Shown: piece by piece, positions 53,972 through 64,000 of the stretch
Position numbering within the stretch: the first letter of the stretch is position 1
Layout: every line of letters begins with the position of its first letter
DNA from: Octopus bimaculoides
Lineage: Eukaryota
Assembly: GCF_001194135.2 (NCBI RefSeq)
Contig: NC_068993.1
Location: 26,285,259 to 26,349,258, forward strand
DNA length: 64,000 bases
Direction of reading: 5' to 3'
Position numbers and translations under genes: made by a program
The notes under the pieces: model-generated
What the model was told of the DNA's origin: nothing
Seen by the model: only the letters and a program-made list of their open reading frames with translations
Databases searched by the model: none

Positions 53972-54125
53972 AAGTTGATTGTTAATGCTGATCAGAGAGT
54001 GACCATTGGTTTCACACCTATAAAGCTATATAGGCGACATTTGAGTCTCATGAGTCACCTATGTCTACGCACTTTATATGTGTGAAACCGATGGCCATTC
54101 TCTGACCAGCTATAACAATCAACTT
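53972..54125. repeat. Short fold-back element with hammerhead remnants in both arms
   Basis: Arm 53972-54024 is inverted relative to 54072-54125. The arms read GTGT-GAAAC-C(A/G)ATG-G(T/C)C-A(C/T)TC outward, and the centre contains GAGT-CTCATGA. Confidence 0.7.
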
Positions 54126-54143
54126 CCTAAATATATATATATA

Positions 54144-54687
54144 CAGGGTGCAATGGGTAAATTGTCACCATTTTATATTTTTAATTTTGTGCATTGTTTG
54201 CTTTTGATTTTGTTGACTACACAGTATAGTATGATCAGTTGGGCACCATCTGTGAGAAAAACAGCACCATGATGCAATTCACTCCACCAGAAATTTGGAA
54301 ACGACATGCTGTACTGCTTGGCATTCGCACCAGAAACTCCAATACAACTATTTCAGAGTGTTTGGGTGTCAATCTGAGGACAGTGCAATCTGAAGACATG
54401 TAGTGAGAGTGATAAAAATCAAACATCCGATCAACATCATAGTGTTTGGAGTGATCACTATTGATGACGGTGTTATGTCTCCATTCACCTTCCACATAGC
54501 CTCAGACACAACACAGAGGCCTACATTAGGTGCCTGGATGAGGTAGTGCTGCTCTGGGTCAAGAAGGTGGCTGCTAGAAGGACCCCATGTCTGCACCATT
54601 CCACACAAGCAGGAGAATCCAGTCATGGCTGTCAGACAATTTCTGCAACCACATCACACCTAACATCTGGCCATTTAACTCCCCAGA
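54144..54687 (+). mobile_element. Tc1/mariner left end plus internally deleted transposase
   Basis: TA|CAGGGTGCAATGGGTAAATTGTCACC; later NTEAYIRCLDEVVLLWVKKVAA..P..SAPFHTSRRIQSWLSDNFCNHITPNIWPFNSP (WPPNSPD region), truncated. Confidence 0.85.
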
Positions 54688-54919
54688 AATCTAAAAATGT
54701 ATAAACATCATCAAAGTTGGTAAAAAACAAAAGTGAATTAGTGAAAAAGCCTAGAAGTGGTCGCGAGTGAGTAAATGTTGACCTTGAGAATATTATTCAC
54801 ATGCTGCCATATGTGAATGATATTTATTACAATATAGTGTATTCTATGAATATGAGGTAGATCTTAGTAAAAGACCTAAATACTGAATTGAATCAAACAT
54901 TTTTGCAATATTGGTTTCC

Positions 54920-55120
54920 AATTTTGGCAGAAGGCCATTAAATCCAGAGGGGAGGGAAGTTGATTACATCAACCTCAGTACTCAGCTAATACTCATTTAA
55001 TTGAGTACAGAAAAGATAAAAACAACCTTGGCAGAATTTGTACTCAGAATGTAAAGGCAGATGAAATGCTAGGAAGCTTTCAGCCTGCATGTTAATGACT
55101 CAGCCAGCTCGTCATTTTAG
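54920..55120 (-). mobile_element. SINE family B
   Basis: GATTACATCAACCTCAGTACTCAGCTAATACT...CTTGGCAGAATTTGTACTCAGAATGTAAAGGCAGATGAAATGC. Confidence 0.65.
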
Positions 55121-55212
55121 TACTGCAATAAGTAATAATATTACTTGAAAATTGTTTTACGTACTTTTTTGGCATATTTAGCTTATATAATAACTTTTTT
55201 CATTTTGAATAT

Positions 55213-56593
55213 TTTTTGAAAAGATTAACTCCAAGACACTCATTTTGATGAGTTCTGTCATATGAGCTGAACAAGAACAAAATTTTATACAGAAAAACAA
55301 AATGTTTAGGTTTTGAATTTGCTTTTAGGGGTTACCATTGTTTTCAGCACATTTGGCCCCAGTAGTTTTTTTATTTAAAAAATTTTTTATATATATAATT
55401 AGCATCAAGGGATTCTAGTAGTCGAGGTCTGTCAGAAAAGTTNNNNNNNNNNAAATTTTATACAGAAAAACAAAATGTTTAGGTTTTGAATTTGCTTTTA
55501 GGGGTTACCATTGTTTTCAGCACATTTGGCCCCAGTAGTTTTTTTATTTAAAAAATTTTTTATATATATAATTAGCATCAAGGGATTCTAGTAGTCGAGG
55601 TCTGTCAGAAAAGTTAAATTTAAATATAGTCTTCTTTTGAAAGAAGAATAATATTTGGAGTCAAAGTCGATTTCAGGCATTAATCACTATTTATTTTTCA
55701 CTGGTTTTTACCTCAGTACTTCTTTCTACTGAATATTTTTGCATATAACTAACAGGGATAGATTCCTGTCATCGAGATCTATCCTATAGGCTAAAATAAA
55801 ATATAGATTTATTTTTTAAAAAAAATTTGAACTCCAAAGTTGATTTCTCCTATTTGTGTGGTCTCACATATTTGACTCAAACTTTTTTTTTCTACTGAAC
55901 TAATTTTCAAATTTTTTAGCTTGAAATGTAGCTTACGATGTGACCAATCTAAAACTGTAATCATCATCTAATTTGGTTAAAGACTGAGTAAATGCTGACC
56001 TTAAGAATAATATATGTTTTTTTGAAGAGATTAACACCACAACACTCATCTTAATGAGTTCTATCATATGAGGTAAAAAGAAAAAGTGTTTAGGTTTTGA
56101 ATTTGACTTTAGGTACTACCACTTTTTTAGGCACATTTGGAGCCAGTAGAATTTTATTAAAAAAATTTTTTATATATAACTGGCATCATTGGATTACTCT
56201 AGTGGAGATCTATCAGAAAAGTTAAAGTTAAATATAGTTTCCTTTTGAAATAAGAATAATATCTGGAGTCAAAGTCGATTTCAAGTGTTAGTCTCCTTTT
56301 TTTTTCACCGGTTTTTACCTCAGTACCTTTTTAACTACTGAATATTTCTGCATATAAGTAACATGGATAGATGTCACTTGTTGAGCTCTATCATGTAAGC
56401 TAAAATAAAATAAAGATTTCTTTAAAGAAAAATATTTGGACTCAAAATCAATTTCAGATGTTACTCTCCTGTTTTTGACCTCACATATTTTACTGAAACC
56501 ATTTCTCTACCAAAGCAATTTTCAAATTTTGTAGCTGAAATGTAGCTTGGGATGTGACCAATCTAAAAATGCAAGCATCATCTAATTTGGTTA
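55213..56593. repeat. Two diverged head-to-tail copies of a ~620-bp AT-rich unit of unknown class
   Basis: Units start near 55213 and 56017 and share GATGAGTTCT.TCATATGAG, GTTTAGGTTTTGAATTTG, GGAGTCAAAGTCGATTTCA and GATGTGACCAATCTAAAA..CATCATCTAATTTGGTTAA. The first unit includes a ~170-bp gap-associated duplication. Confidence 0.8.
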
Positions 56594-56707
56594 ATTCACA
56601 CACTGCTATATACATATATATTTCAACTGATGTACACACAGACACACACACACACACATATGTATATTACAACTGATATATTTATATATATATATATATG
56701 CACACAC

Positions 56708-56960
56708 ACCAGGGTAAGCATATAAATGTGAAAAAAGGGGGCAAAATAGTACTCAAATACCGGAGGTTGAGTAATATGCTTTCACGGACATATTTTTTTC
56801 TCTGTTTGTTTCTCTCTCTGTTTCTTTCTGTGTTCCTTTCTGTGGAAGAGCGTAGGCTCGAAATGTTAAAGACTTTTTCAATTCCCGAGCATTATACTAA
56901 TACATTTGTTTGTTTTCTACACCATCTGTCTTCATCTTTTGTTTTTTTGTGAATTCTCTC
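56708..56960. repeat. Composite of two probable PLE pLTR pieces
   Basis: 56708-56782 is homologous to 24350-24421. 56820-56960 carries the hammerhead-like CTGTGGA-A-GAGC GTAG GCTC-GAAAT. Confidence 0.45.
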
Positions 56961-56987
56961 CATATATATATATTTATATAGCCAATA

Positions 56988-59632
56988 TCTATATATATAA
57001 AATATGTGTGTGTCTGTGTGTCTGTTGTTCCGGATTCTTCTCCAAAAGTAGCCAACATTTTTTTTGAAACTTTACATATTGGTGCATTTTTGGACGAGAT
57101 GGGTTGTGACGCTATTGATTTTTTCATATTGATATCGGATCTCCCTGAAAAATCAATAAATCAATATTGATTTTTTCCAAAAGTTGTCCGATTTTCATCA
57201 AAATCAACATACTTATGCATTTTTATCTAAGGAGTTAATAGCATCATTAGTTTTTCAAATTCCGTTTCATTTGAGCACAGGATGAAAAGAACCTTCTCAA
57301 AAAATGCCCTTTTGGACATAGCGCCTGAAGCTTTTATCCAATTGCGCTCAACTTCATGTCCAATGTACATTAGACTCTAAACTACAGACATCGGGCAATA
57401 TTGCAGTATCCCGAACTGGATGGCACCAGTGATGAGATTCACAATAGAGGACTGATTGACCTCGTGGACAGGGTTATTTCCCTTGGTGGTACTGATTTGC
57501 CGACATACGGTTTACCAGCTACACTTTGGTCAGTATACAACACACTTTCTTCTGCAGTCTTGTGAGAAATGTCTTATGACAAAGCGTCTCTTGCCCAATT
57601 TGTCAATGAGGTGGAACCACAACTGCTTCCGGACTAACACCATGTCTACAACTGTATTGTTAGCAGTGTGCATTGCTGGTCTGGTGGCATTCTCTACTTG
57701 GATGCACCAGGTGGCACCAGAAAAATCTTTTTAATCAAATTAATTCTCGCAAATGTACAGCAAAATGGAGACATAGCATTAGCTGTAGCCTCTTCTGAGA
57801 TTGCTGCCACTTTGTTGCCAGGTAAAAGAACAGCACATTCCACCTTCAAACTTCCACTGAATTTAATGGCTCCAGAAGCCCACTCCTGCAACGTCAGCAA
57901 AAGTTCTGACCAAGGACAAGTACTCCGATGGTGCATTCTTATCATATGGGATGAGTGCACAATGGCTCACAGAGGAGGCTTAGAGGCATTAGATAGAGCT
58001 CTGAGGGATATACAAGGCAGTCAGGTTCCAATGGGCAGTGCAATGCTTCTACTGTCAGGTGACTTAAGACAATCTCTTCCTGTCATTCCTAAAGGTACGA
58101 GGGCAGATGAAGCACAAGCATGCCTTAAGTCCTCACTGTTGAGGCATCATGTTATGACGCTTACGCTATCCACAAATATGAGAGCCCGACTTTATGGTGA
58201 TCGAACTTCTTCCCAGTTTGCTAAAGAAATTTTGGAACTTGGTGATGGTAAGGTGCCTTTGGATGCAGGTGAACTAGACATCTCGCCACTTTGTACCATT
58301 GTATCTTCTATCAATGAACTAAAGGACAAGGTGTTCCCAAATTTTCAGGATAACTACTACAATCTTAACTGGTTGTATGAAAGAGCAATACTTACTCCTA
58401 AGAACACCACCATAAGCAAGTTGAATGATCAACTCCTCCATTCTCTACCTGGAAATCATCGAACATTTAAGTCAATTGATACCATGATAGACAACAATGA
58501 GGCAGTTAATTATCCTACCGAATTTCTTAACACATTGGACCCTCCATGCCTTCCTCCACATACATTACAGCTGAAAGAAGGGATTCCAGTAATGCTACTT
58601 CAGAATTTGGAGCTGCCAAAACTATGCAACGGAACACGACTGGTTGTTAAAAAAGCCACATAATAGAGGCTACCATAATTTCCGGGAGTGGAAAGGGAGA
58701 TGATGTTTTCATACCACAAGTTCCTCTCATTCCATCAGGAGTGGCTATTCCTTTCTCCTTTCAGAAGCTTCAATTTCCCATTTGTATCAGCTTCGCTATG
58801 TCAATAAACAAGTCACAAGGTCAGACACAATCTGTTGCTGGTATTCTTTTGGACGAGTCATGTTTTTCACATGGACAACTATACGTTGGCTATTTGAGAG
58901 TGGGATGCAAGGCGACTCTCTTTGCATTTGCCCGAAATGGGAGAACAAGGAATATCGTGTACAAGGAGGTGCTACAACCAAATCAAAGTGGAAAAATGTA
59001 CGTTTCTATGGTTTTTTGCTAAAGAGTCTTCTCATTTCATAACCACAACCACTACTTTTCAGGTAGCTATGCACTCAATCAGTTGCTATCACATCTACAA
59101 CAGCAATAACACCAATATCATAACAATGTGAATCCTGCATCCATAAGGTTATCAAAGACTGATCAAGACTTACTATTGTTCAATGGAACAATAAATAAAC
59201 GTTTGCTTTCTCTCCTTCCTTTAACAAAAGCCTTACACTTAGGGCTTTATGGGTTGACCATTTGACTATAAGTAGTTATTCCACAAATCTAGGAGAAGTG
59301 ATCGTCTAGAGCACAAAGCTATGACACCAAGAAGACTCTGACATATTCAAGACTTCGTTATAGTTATCCACAGAGCAGTAAATAATATATAAGGTCAGGT
59401 TTATAAACTTTAGCAACGCCGACACACATTGCTAATTGTATTGAAGCAGTAATTTCATGCTTATATTACTGATTTTAAATAATTTTCCTGCTTAATTCTT
59501 AACCAAACATTTTGGTAACATATTGGGTTATTGTGATCAGATCACTTATCTTCCATTTATTTTGAAATTGAAATACCTCGGTGTTGTTTTACATTAATTG
59601 ATGTTCCCAGGCCATGCCAGGTAAACTGCTAG
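56988..59632 (+). mobile_element. Helitron, internally deleted, both termini present
   Basis: 5' end A|TCTATATATATAAAATATGTGTGTG (56988). 3' end CCCAGGCCATGCCAGGTAAACTG-CTAG|T (59606-59632). Inserted between A and T with no TSD. Helicase remnant inside; no Rep/HUH domain seen. Confidence 0.8.
57383..59022 (+). pseudogene. Helitron PIF1-like (SF1B) helicase, disrupted
   Basis: LDAPGGT(R)KIF, AVASSEIAATLLPG.RTAHSTFKLP, IIWDECTM, LLSGDLRQSLPV, PPHTLQLKEG.PVMLLQNL..PKLCNGTRL, FAMSINKSQGQT, FSHGQLYV. Stops at 57563 (TGA) and 57635 (TAA); frameshift near 58650. Confidence 0.93.
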
Positions 59633-59640
59633 TATATATA

Positions 59641-59680
<40 letters not shown>

Positions 59681-59826
59681 AATTAATATTCAGGTCAAGT
59701 GAGTAAGTATAAAGGCTTAGCCACATGCTTAAAGAAGATGCCAAATGTCTCTAAGCTACCTTAAAAATATCACAATAAATATGCACCGAATTCGGGCAAA
59801 TAAATGAAACAGAGAGAGAGAGAGAA

Positions 59827-59875
<49 letters not shown>

Positions 59876-59978
59876 TGTCNNNNNNNNNNNNNNNNNNNNN
59901 NNNNNNNNNNNNNNNNNNNNNNNNNNNNNNNNNNNNNNNNNNNNNNNNNNNNNNNNNNNNNNNNNNNNNNNNNNNNNN

Positions 59979-60063
<85 letters not shown>

Positions 60064-62223
60064 TGTCTATATGAGTGTGTCTTTATGTCTGTATTTGCAA
60101 CTCCACTGATTGACAACTGGTGTTGCTGTGTTTACACACCCACAACTTAGTGGTTTGGTAAAAGAGACTGACAGAAGAACTAACAAACTTGAAAAAAAAG
60201 AAAAAAAAACATAAGTCCTGAGATTGAGTTGTTCAACTAAAGTCTTTCAATGCAGTACCCCAGCATGGTCCAATGACTGAGACAAGTAAAAGAAATGCTG
60301 AAACTTATCTTTCTTTAATGAAACAATATCTTTTTATTTTTTCTGTTTTATGCTTATTCTCATTATTTTATATTAAGAATATTTTGAATGAAGATCTATT
60401 CGACCATTTTGAGCATCTAGCTATTTGAAGATTTATATGCCTTTTTGACAATCTAACAATTTTAATTTTAATGCATAAATTTTTTATTGCATTTTATGGT
60501 CTACATTAACTGTTATGATTTGTTGTTTTTTCCCTAATCATTTATGATACCACTGCAAAATTATATATCCTTCTCCTTCTTATACACCGTGTTGGATTCA
60601 ATGAGCTATGAACACAATGAAAGAAAGAAAATACAGGCTAACTCCTTCAAGAATACAACTATGAAATATATTTCTACATTGTAATATAGTTTGATCATCA
60701 AATAAAATATCCAGCTCACTAATTAAATAGATAAATAATATATGCATGATGTATGTGTATATATAAGTATGTATGTATGAATTATGTATGTAGGTTGGTA
60801 GGTAGGTAGGTAGGTAGGTAGGTAGGCACGTAGGTAGGTAAGTATACATGCACACACACATATATATATAACTACATAAAATACATGCATGCATACATAC
60901 ATACATACATACATGCATGCATGTTTATATGTATGTATAAGGTATGTATACATCTTTGTATGTATACATATACGATATATATATATATGTGTGTGTGTGT
61001 AAGTACATATGTGTGTATCATGTATGTATGTATGAATGAACATGTGTGTGTATGCATGAGTGTATGATGCATGTATATGTATGATGTATGTATGTAATTA
61101 TGTAGTGTGTATGTATCTATGTACAAAGGGAAGAGATGTGACACAAAAACGTAGCTCAATAATACTACAGCATTTATCCAGTACTTTAGTTTTGCCCATG
61201 TTCAAATTCCGATAGAGAATTTTGTGTTTTGTGTTGTTTTTTTTCTTTTATTCTTTTATAGCTTGATATCAATGGATACCTAGGATCAAGCTCCTACCCA
61301 CCACTACCTTCGCCATCGCTACCAACACCATCATCACAAAATCGATCTTGTGTCTAAATATGAAACCTACATTACAAAAGAATATTCTGATCAGCATCAA
61401 AGATATACAACAGATTCAATGAGTCAGATTTATAGCTGAGAGAAAGAAATTAGGTGACAATTGTACCATTCTCATGGAGATTAGTGTAATAAGTGGAGTG
61501 CAATAGTCTTGGTTTGTCTCTATCCTCTTGAATAAAGATGCTAATGAAATTCTGATGAATGGAAACACTTCTGATGGAGATATGTATTGGTATGGCTACA
61601 TATGAAAATAATGATTATATAAGGAAATATATAATCCTGTTAATGAAATAATTCTCCTGATAAAGGTATAATTCCTTCTATGAACTCCCATCAGCTTGGG
61701 GTGAGGGAGAGAGAGGGGGGAAGAGAGACACCCTTGTCTTTGAATAGATATCTCTCCTGGAGAAGAGAAACTCTGATGCAAGGCCTGTGATTTTGTTTGC
61801 ATCCAATGATGTAGACTAGTTCTTGTTTTGGGGACAAATGCATATGCTGTTTAGAGAGTGAAATTGACCATGTGCTAGGCCTTGCATCACTTTAAAAAGC
61901 TTCAGGCATAGGCATCACATGATTTTTAACATATGTGTTGCATGCTAAAGCAGGCTGTAGCTGGAAAAGGCAAAATACTAACTTAAAATTTCCATGATGG
62001 AATAAAGGTGCATGTCAGCATGGGTGGTAAACTCTTTGAACACCTGCTGCAAGGGGTGCCATACCCATCATTGCTACACCTGTGCAAAAGAATGTAGATC
62101 CCCGACAGAACTGGAATGTCACATCCTTGATAATCACATTTAAGAGAACAACCAAGCGCTACCATTGCTTGAAATTGGGTTGCATCTATATATATCTATG
62201 TACATGTGTATGCATGTATGGTC

Positions 62224-62260
<37 letters not shown>

Positions 62261-62678
62261 TTAATTTTAAAATAATTAGATTATGAAAAAGGAAAAAGAA
62301 TTCCCAAGTTATGTATGTAAGTATCTTNNNNNNNNNNNNNNNNNNNNNNNNNNNNNNNNNNNNNNNNNNNNNNNNNNNNNNNNNNNNNNNNNNNNNNNNN
62401 NNNNNNNNNNNNNNNNNNNNNNNNNNNNNNNNNNNNNNNNNNNNNNNNNNNNNNNNNNNNNNNNNNNNNNNNNNNNNNNNNNNNNNNNNNNNNNNNNNNN
62501 NNNNNNNNNNNNNNNNNNNNNNNNNNNNNNNNNNNNNNNNNNNNNNNNNNNNNNNNNNNNNNNNNNNNNNNNNNNNNNNNNNNNNNNNNNNNNNNNNNNN
62601 NNNNNNNNNNNNNNNNNNNNNNNNNNNNNNNNNNNNNNNNNNNNNNNNNNNNNNNNNNNNNNNNNNNNNNNNNNNNNG

Positions 62679-62903
62679 GCACATAAAAGACACCATTTCG
62701 AGCGTGGCCGTTTTCGTGCGGGTGACACGTAAAAGCACCCACTACACTCTCTGAGTGGTTGGCGTTAGGAAGGGCATCCAGCTGTAGAAACTCTGCTAAA
62801 TCAGACTGGAGCCTGGTGTTGCCATCCGGTTTCACCAGTCCTCAGTCAAATCGTCCAACCCATGCTAGCATGGAAAGCGGACGTTAAACGATGATGATGA
62901 TGA
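62679..62903 (+). mobile_element. 3' tail of RTE-related family, young CpG-rich copy
   Basis: AAAAGCACCCACTACACTCTCTGAGTGGTTGGCGTTAGGAAGGGCATCCAGCTGTAGAAAC...CGTCCAACCCATGCTAGCATGGAAAGCGGACGTTAAACGATGATGATG. Confidence 0.65.
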
Positions 62904-63069
62904 TATATATATATATAATAAATGGAAAAATTGTATGTTAAATAAACATATGACATAGCATATACTGAGTGTACAACGAGATGGGAGACAGACGCAGAAG
63001 GTCCCTAATTTTTCATCAGTTATCAACCAATTGGTAATACTCAGTTTCACACCATTAATGTATACTTAT

Positions 63070-63543
63070 TTTTATATCTTTTACTTGTTTCAGTCATTAG
63101 AAAGCGGCCATGCTGGGGCACCACCTTAAAGAGGTTTTAGTGAAATGAATCAACCCCACTGCTTATTTTTTTTAAGCCTGGTACTTATTCTACTGATCTC
63201 TATTGCTGAACCACTAAGTTACATGGATGTAAACACACCAACACCAGTTGTCAAGTGGGAATGGGAGACAAACACTGACACAAAGATACATATACATACA
63301 CATGTACAAAACACACACATGCACACACAAACACACACACAAGCACACATACACGCATACAAACATACATATAGATAGATTCATAGAATGAGTTTCTTTC
63401 AGTTTCTACCTACCAAATCCACTCACAAGGCTTTGGTCAGCCTGAGGATGTAGAAGACATTTGCACAAGGTGCCATGCAATAGGAGTGAACCCAGAACCA
63501 TGCAGTTGGGAAGCAAGCTTTTTACCAGACAGACATGCCTGCA
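63070..63543 (-). mobile_element. SINE family A, full length
   Basis: Tail TTTTACTTGTTTCAGTCATTAGAAAGCGGCCATGCTGGGGCACCACCTT; core CCAAATCCACTCACAAGGCTTTGGTC; head GGGAAGCAAGCTTTTTACCAG. Confidence 0.8.
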
Positions 63544-64000
63544 CTTATATCCATATCTTGGTCTGTGTGCATGTTTCTACATGTATGTGGGTGTTGTATG
63601 CACAAACAAATTTAGAAAATACATCAAATAAAAATAATAATATCAAAGAGTTTCAAGGTTAAAGATTTGAAGAACAAATCTAAGAAGAATAGTTTGTCTC
63701 CAAGAATTGATGTTCGGTGAAAGTGTCATAGAATCTGACATTTTAAATAAAATTGAGTAGAACAAGTCCCACAAAATTTAACAATTTCAAATTGTCTGAA
63801 TGTCGATGTCACTCATGCTAATGATGGATGTACATATGTATGTATATATATGGTGGTTGTCTACTCTTTATGCAGAGTATTGTCATCATCTAATATACAT
63901 ATTTCCATGGTTGCATGAATCAGACAGAATTTGTTGAAGCAGATTTGCTAGGGCCAGATACCCTTCCAGTAGCCAACACTTACCTATTTCTAAGCAAGGT

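Noticed and set aside
55281-55614. Exact ~160-bp direct repeat
   Set aside because: The copies are separated only by a 10-N gap, typical of an unmerged contig overlap.
57668-58663. 331-aa ORF as a functional host PIF1 helicase gene
   Set aside because: It has a mutated Walker A motif, flanking in-frame stops and a frameshift, no introns, and Helitron termini on both sides.
61553-61570. CTGATGAATGGAAAC as a hammerhead
   Set aside because: No room for stem II and no stem I/III pairing; other isolated CTGANGA hits (e.g. ~12485, ~14962, ~28773) were dropped for the same reason.

Overview
Repeat-dense, AT-rich animal genomic DNA with many N gaps, mostly beside microsatellites. It is probably from an octopus; this is inferred from the tRNA-derived SINE families and the repeat landscape and was not checked against a database. 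No host protein-coding gene can be called confidently, and nearly all supplied ORFs are microsatellite or gap artefacts. The recognisable coding remnants are all decayed transposons: (1) an internally deleted Helitron with both termini and a dead PIF1-type helicase (56988-59632); (2) several R4/Dong-type RLE retrotransposon pieces sitting in (CATA)n or (AAT)n tracts; (3) a Penelope-like RT/GIY-YIG fragment; (4) CR1/L2-like and RTE-like LINE pieces; (5) Tc1/mariner and piggyBac derivatives. The most notable signal is non-coding. One minimal type I hammerhead ribozyme with an intact core lies at 51407-51448. At least three, possibly four, fold-back elements with no evident sequence similarity to one another (40705-41276, 42925-43057, 51091-51488, 53972-54125) carry back-to-back hammerhead or hammerhead-like motifs in their arms. 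These look like Penelope pseudo-LTR derivatives. Repeat coordinates are read by eye and approximate unless termini are quoted.
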